Of a stretch of DNA of 64,000 nucleotides, positions 61,849-64,000 are shown one piece after another. Below the pieces are notes generated by a model. That model was given only the letters and a program-made list of their open reading frames with translations, was not told the origin of the DNA and did no database searches. The translations under genes and the position numbers were made by a program. How positions within the stretch are numbered: the stretch's first letter is position 1; the number at the start of each line of letters is the position of its first letter. The stretch is from an uncultured Gemmatimonas sp. (lineage in GTDB: Bacteria > Gemmatimonadota > Gemmatimonadetes > Longimicrobiales > Gaopeijiaceae): contig CAZYLN010000001.1 of NCBI GenBank assembly GCA_964648975.1, forward strand, positions 54,793-118,792. Direction: 5' to 3'.

Positions 61849-62202
61849 CTACTCGCTCCTCTGGTCGACGACCAACGTGATGTGGCTCATGCGCTTGCGG
61901 ATCGGCGCCGCCCGACCCATGGCCGCACGGCGGTAGCGACGCAAGGTCGGACCCTCGTCGACGCGAATCTCGCGCACGAAGAGCTCGTCGACGTCGAGCA
62001 CGTCGCCCTCGTCCTGAGCCTTGCTCTGCGCGTTGGCCACCGCGGAACGAAGCGTCTTGCCGACCGCGACGGCGGCCTTGCGCGGGGTGAACTGGAGGAT
62101 CGAATACGCCTCGCCCACGCTCTTGCCGCGAATGAGGTCCCCGACGAGGCGCACCTTCCGCGGGCTCTGCCGCACATAGCGGGCGATCGCTCTGGCTTGC
62201 AT
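61849..62202 (-). CDS. rplV: 50S ribosomal protein L22
   Basis: ARYVRQSPRKVRLVGDLIRGKSV.EA..IL.F. Confidence 0.97.
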   Translation of the reverse strand: MQARAIARYVRQSPRKVRLVGDLIRGKSVGEAYSILQFTPRKAAVAVGKTLRSAVANAQSKAQDEGDVLDVDELFVREIRVDEGPTLRRYRRAAMGRAAPIRKRMSHITLVVDQRSE

Positions 62203-62217
62203 GCTCCGTTCCCCGGC

Positions 62218-62508
62218 TCAGCCTGACGGCCTGGCCCGCTTGTCCGACAGCTTGCCGCCGTGCCCCCGGAACAGGCGCGTGGGCGCGAACTCGCCCAGTC
62301 GGTGGCCGACCATGTTCTCGGTGATGTAGACGGGAATGAACTTGTTGCCGTTGTGCACGGCGATCGTGTGGCCGACGAACTCGGGGGAGATGACGGAGGC
62401 GCGAGCCCAGGTCTTCAGGACCTTCTTCTCGTTGCGCGAATTCATCACCTCGACCTTCAACAGCAGCTTGTCGTCGATGTAGGGACCCTTCTTTACGCTA
62501 CGTGCCAT
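62218..62508 (-). CDS. rpsS: 30S ribosomal protein S19
   Basis: [18 protein letters not shown]......[22 protein letters not shown]. Confidence 0.97.
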   Translation of the reverse strand: MARSVKKGPYIDDKLLLKVEVMNSRNEKKVLKTWARASVISPEFVGHTIAVHNGNKFIPVYITENMVGHRLGEFAPTRLFRGHGGKLSDKRARPSG

Positions 62509-62521
62509 GGCGGCCTCTCCC

Positions 62522-63361
62522 CTACTGCGTAGAGCGGCCGCGCTTGCGGCCGCGCACGATGTGCTTGTTCGAAGCCTTCTTGCGGCGCCGCGTCTTCACG
62601 CCCTCCGGCCTTCCCCACGGGGAAGTCGGCGGACGGCCTCCGGACGCCTTGCCCTCGCCGCCTCCCAGAGGATGGTCGACCGGGTTCATGGCCACGCCCC
62701 GAACGTGCGGCATGCGGCCGCGCCACCGGTTGGCGCCCGCCTTGCCGACGACGGTCAACTCGTGATCCACGTTGCCCACCTGGCCGATCACGGCATAGCA
62801 CTCGGCGCGGACGCGTCTCACCTCGGTGGAGGGCAGCCGCAGCGTGACGTAGTCGTTCTCCTTGGCCATCACCTGCACGCCGGCGCCCGCGGAGCGAGCC
62901 ATCTGGGCTCCCTTGCCCGGCTTGAGCTCCACGTTGTGCACGGTCGTACCGAGCGGGATGTTCGCGAGCGGAAGCGCGTTGCCGACCTTGATGTCGGCCT
63001 CCGGGCCCGACACGATCGGGTCGCCCACCCGCAGACCGCTCGGGTGGACGATATAGCGCTTCTCGCCGTCGGCGTAGTTGATGAGCGCGATGTTGGCGGA
63101 GCGATTCGGATCGTATTCGATCTGCGCCACCTTGCCGGGAACGCCGCGCTTGTTCCGCTTGAAGTCGATTCTGCGGTAGCGCCGCTTGTGGCCGCCGCCA
63201 CGCCACCGCGTGGTCACGCGCCCGTGATGGTTGCGCCCTCCCTTGCTCGAGACCGGCTCCACGAGCGAGCGCTCCGGTGTCGCCCTGGTGATCTCCTCGT
63301 TCTTCAAGATAGACCGGAAGCGTGTCCCGGGCGTTACCGGCTTGAGCTTCTTGATCGCCAT
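62522..63361 (-). CDS. rplB: 50S ribosomal protein L2
   Basis: [15 protein letters not shown]...GGGHKRRYR...[18 protein letters not shown]. Confidence 0.97.
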   Translation of the reverse strand: MAIKKLKPVTPGTRFRSILKNEEITRATPERSLVEPVSSKGGRNHHGRVTTRWRGGGHKRRYRRIDFKRNKRGVPGKVAQIEYDPNRSANIALINYADGEKRYIVHPSGLRVGDPIVSGPEADIKVGNALPLANIPLGTTVHNVELKPGKGAQMARSAGAGVQVMAKENDYVTLRLPSTEVRRVRAECYAVIGQVGNVDHELTVVGKAGANRWRGRMPHVRGVAMNPVDHPLGGGEGKASGGRPPTSPWGRPEGVKTRRRKKASNKHIVRGRKRGRSTQ

Positions 63362-63663
63362 CAGCCGACCTCGTAGAGCTCGATGTGGTCTTCCTCGGCG
63401 AGCGTGACGACGGCTTTCTTGAACGCCGGCCGACGGCCCAAGGTCCGATTCTGGCGACCCATGGCTCCCCGCTTCGCCTTCCCCGCGTACATCATGGTGC
63501 GCACGTCGGTCACCGTGACGTCGAACAACTTCTCCACCGCGCGCTTGACCTCGATCTTGTTCGCGTCGAGCGCGACCTTGAAGGTGTAGGTGTTGCCTTC
63601 CATCTGACGCGTGGTCTTCTCGCTCACAATGGGCTGGACTACCACCTCGTATGGCTCGCGCAT
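63361..63663 (-). CDS. rplW: 50S ribosomal protein L23
   Basis: [41 protein letters not shown]. Confidence 0.96.
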   Translation of the reverse strand: MREPYEVVVQPIVSEKTTRQMEGNTYTFKVALDANKIEVKRAVEKLFDVTVTDVRTMMYAGKAKRGAMGRQNRTLGRRPAFKKAVVTLAEEDHIELYEVG

Positions 63664-63669
63664 GTCCCG

Positions 63670-64000
63670 TTACTCCTTGCCCGGCTTCTCGGCCGAGCCC
63701 AAACGATCCACGGCTTCCCGCTCGATCACGACCGTTCCCGCCCAGAGTACGTCGTAGGCGGACTCGTCTCCGAACGGCAAGACACGCACGTCGGGGAGGT
63801 TGCGCGCGGACAGGTGCAGGTTCTCCTTCACGCCGTCACTCAGAATCAGCACCTTGCCCGCAGCGGCGATCGATCCGAGATACTCCCGCAGCCGTCCGGT
63901 CCTGGGCCGCTCAAACTGGAAGCCGTCGACGAGCACGATGCGCTCCCCTTGCGCGCGACTGTTGAGCGCCGAGCGGCGGGCCAAGGCCTTCACCTTGCGC
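63670..64000 (-). CDS. rplD: 50S ribosomal protein L4, C-terminal part (gene runs off the right edge)
   Basis: It lies immediately upstream of rpl[16 protein letters not shown]....L........KVLIL and NLPDVRVLP...ESAYDVL match the L4 C-terminal half. The M at 63993 in the track is an internal GTG. Confidence 0.9.
   Translation of the reverse strand, partial: RKVKALARRSALNSRAQGERIVLVDGFQFERPRTGRLREYLGSIAAAGKVLILSDGVKENLHLSARNLPDVRVLPFGDESAYDVLWAGTVVIEREAVDRLGSAEKPGKE

Overview
This is a very GC-rich (judged by eye, not computed) bacterial chromosome segment that is almost entirely housekeeping genes. I call about 70 CDS, and all but five are on the minus strand.

Layout:
- Right third (48.9-64 kb): a contiguous S10/spc/alpha ribosomal-protein cluster running rplD to rplQ and including secY, adk, map, rpmJ and rpoA. 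It is followed by an orphan lipoprotein gene, rpmB and hemD.
- Middle: two nucleotide-sugar/phosphatase genes, a plus-strand OMF-MFP-RND efflux operon, ugd-UXS-DegT-bamD-nadD, secA, rel, uvrB, tsaE-tsaB-rimI-hemB and hldD.
- Left: a roughly 15-kb co-directional envelope run (CcsA-like, hemA, SDR epimerase, tolQ-tolR-tolA-tolB-pal-cpoB, nrdR, tatC, lptD, formiminotransferase, polyprenyl synthase, DUF4321-like, tatA). Then come a PpiD-like PPIase, a TPR protein and aroQ-efp-accB-accC.

LptD, BamD and Tol-Pal indicate a diderm organism. The phylum cannot be established from the sequence alone.

I found no rRNA, tRNA, CRISPR array, transposase, integrase, phage gene, toxin-antitoxin pair or recognisable defence gene. 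I also found no block of unexplained co-oriented ORFs. My honest conclusion is that this is an ordinary core region, and I see no convincing novel multi-gene system.

The leads worth a second look are small-scale:
- a nested-palindrome operator-like element inside an unusually long 655-bp spacer upstream of the RND operon, with no regulator gene nearby;
- a TPR protein with a duplicated Ala/Pro-rich C-terminal module;
- an Arn-like ugd/decarboxylase/aminotransferase trio;
- translational coupling of functionally unrelated envelope and heme genes;
- a basic N-terminal extension on ribosomal protein L5;
- an orphan lipoprotein wedged between rplQ and rpmB.

Many long ORFs in the supplied track are antisense or read-through artefacts typical of high-GC DNA and were rejected.
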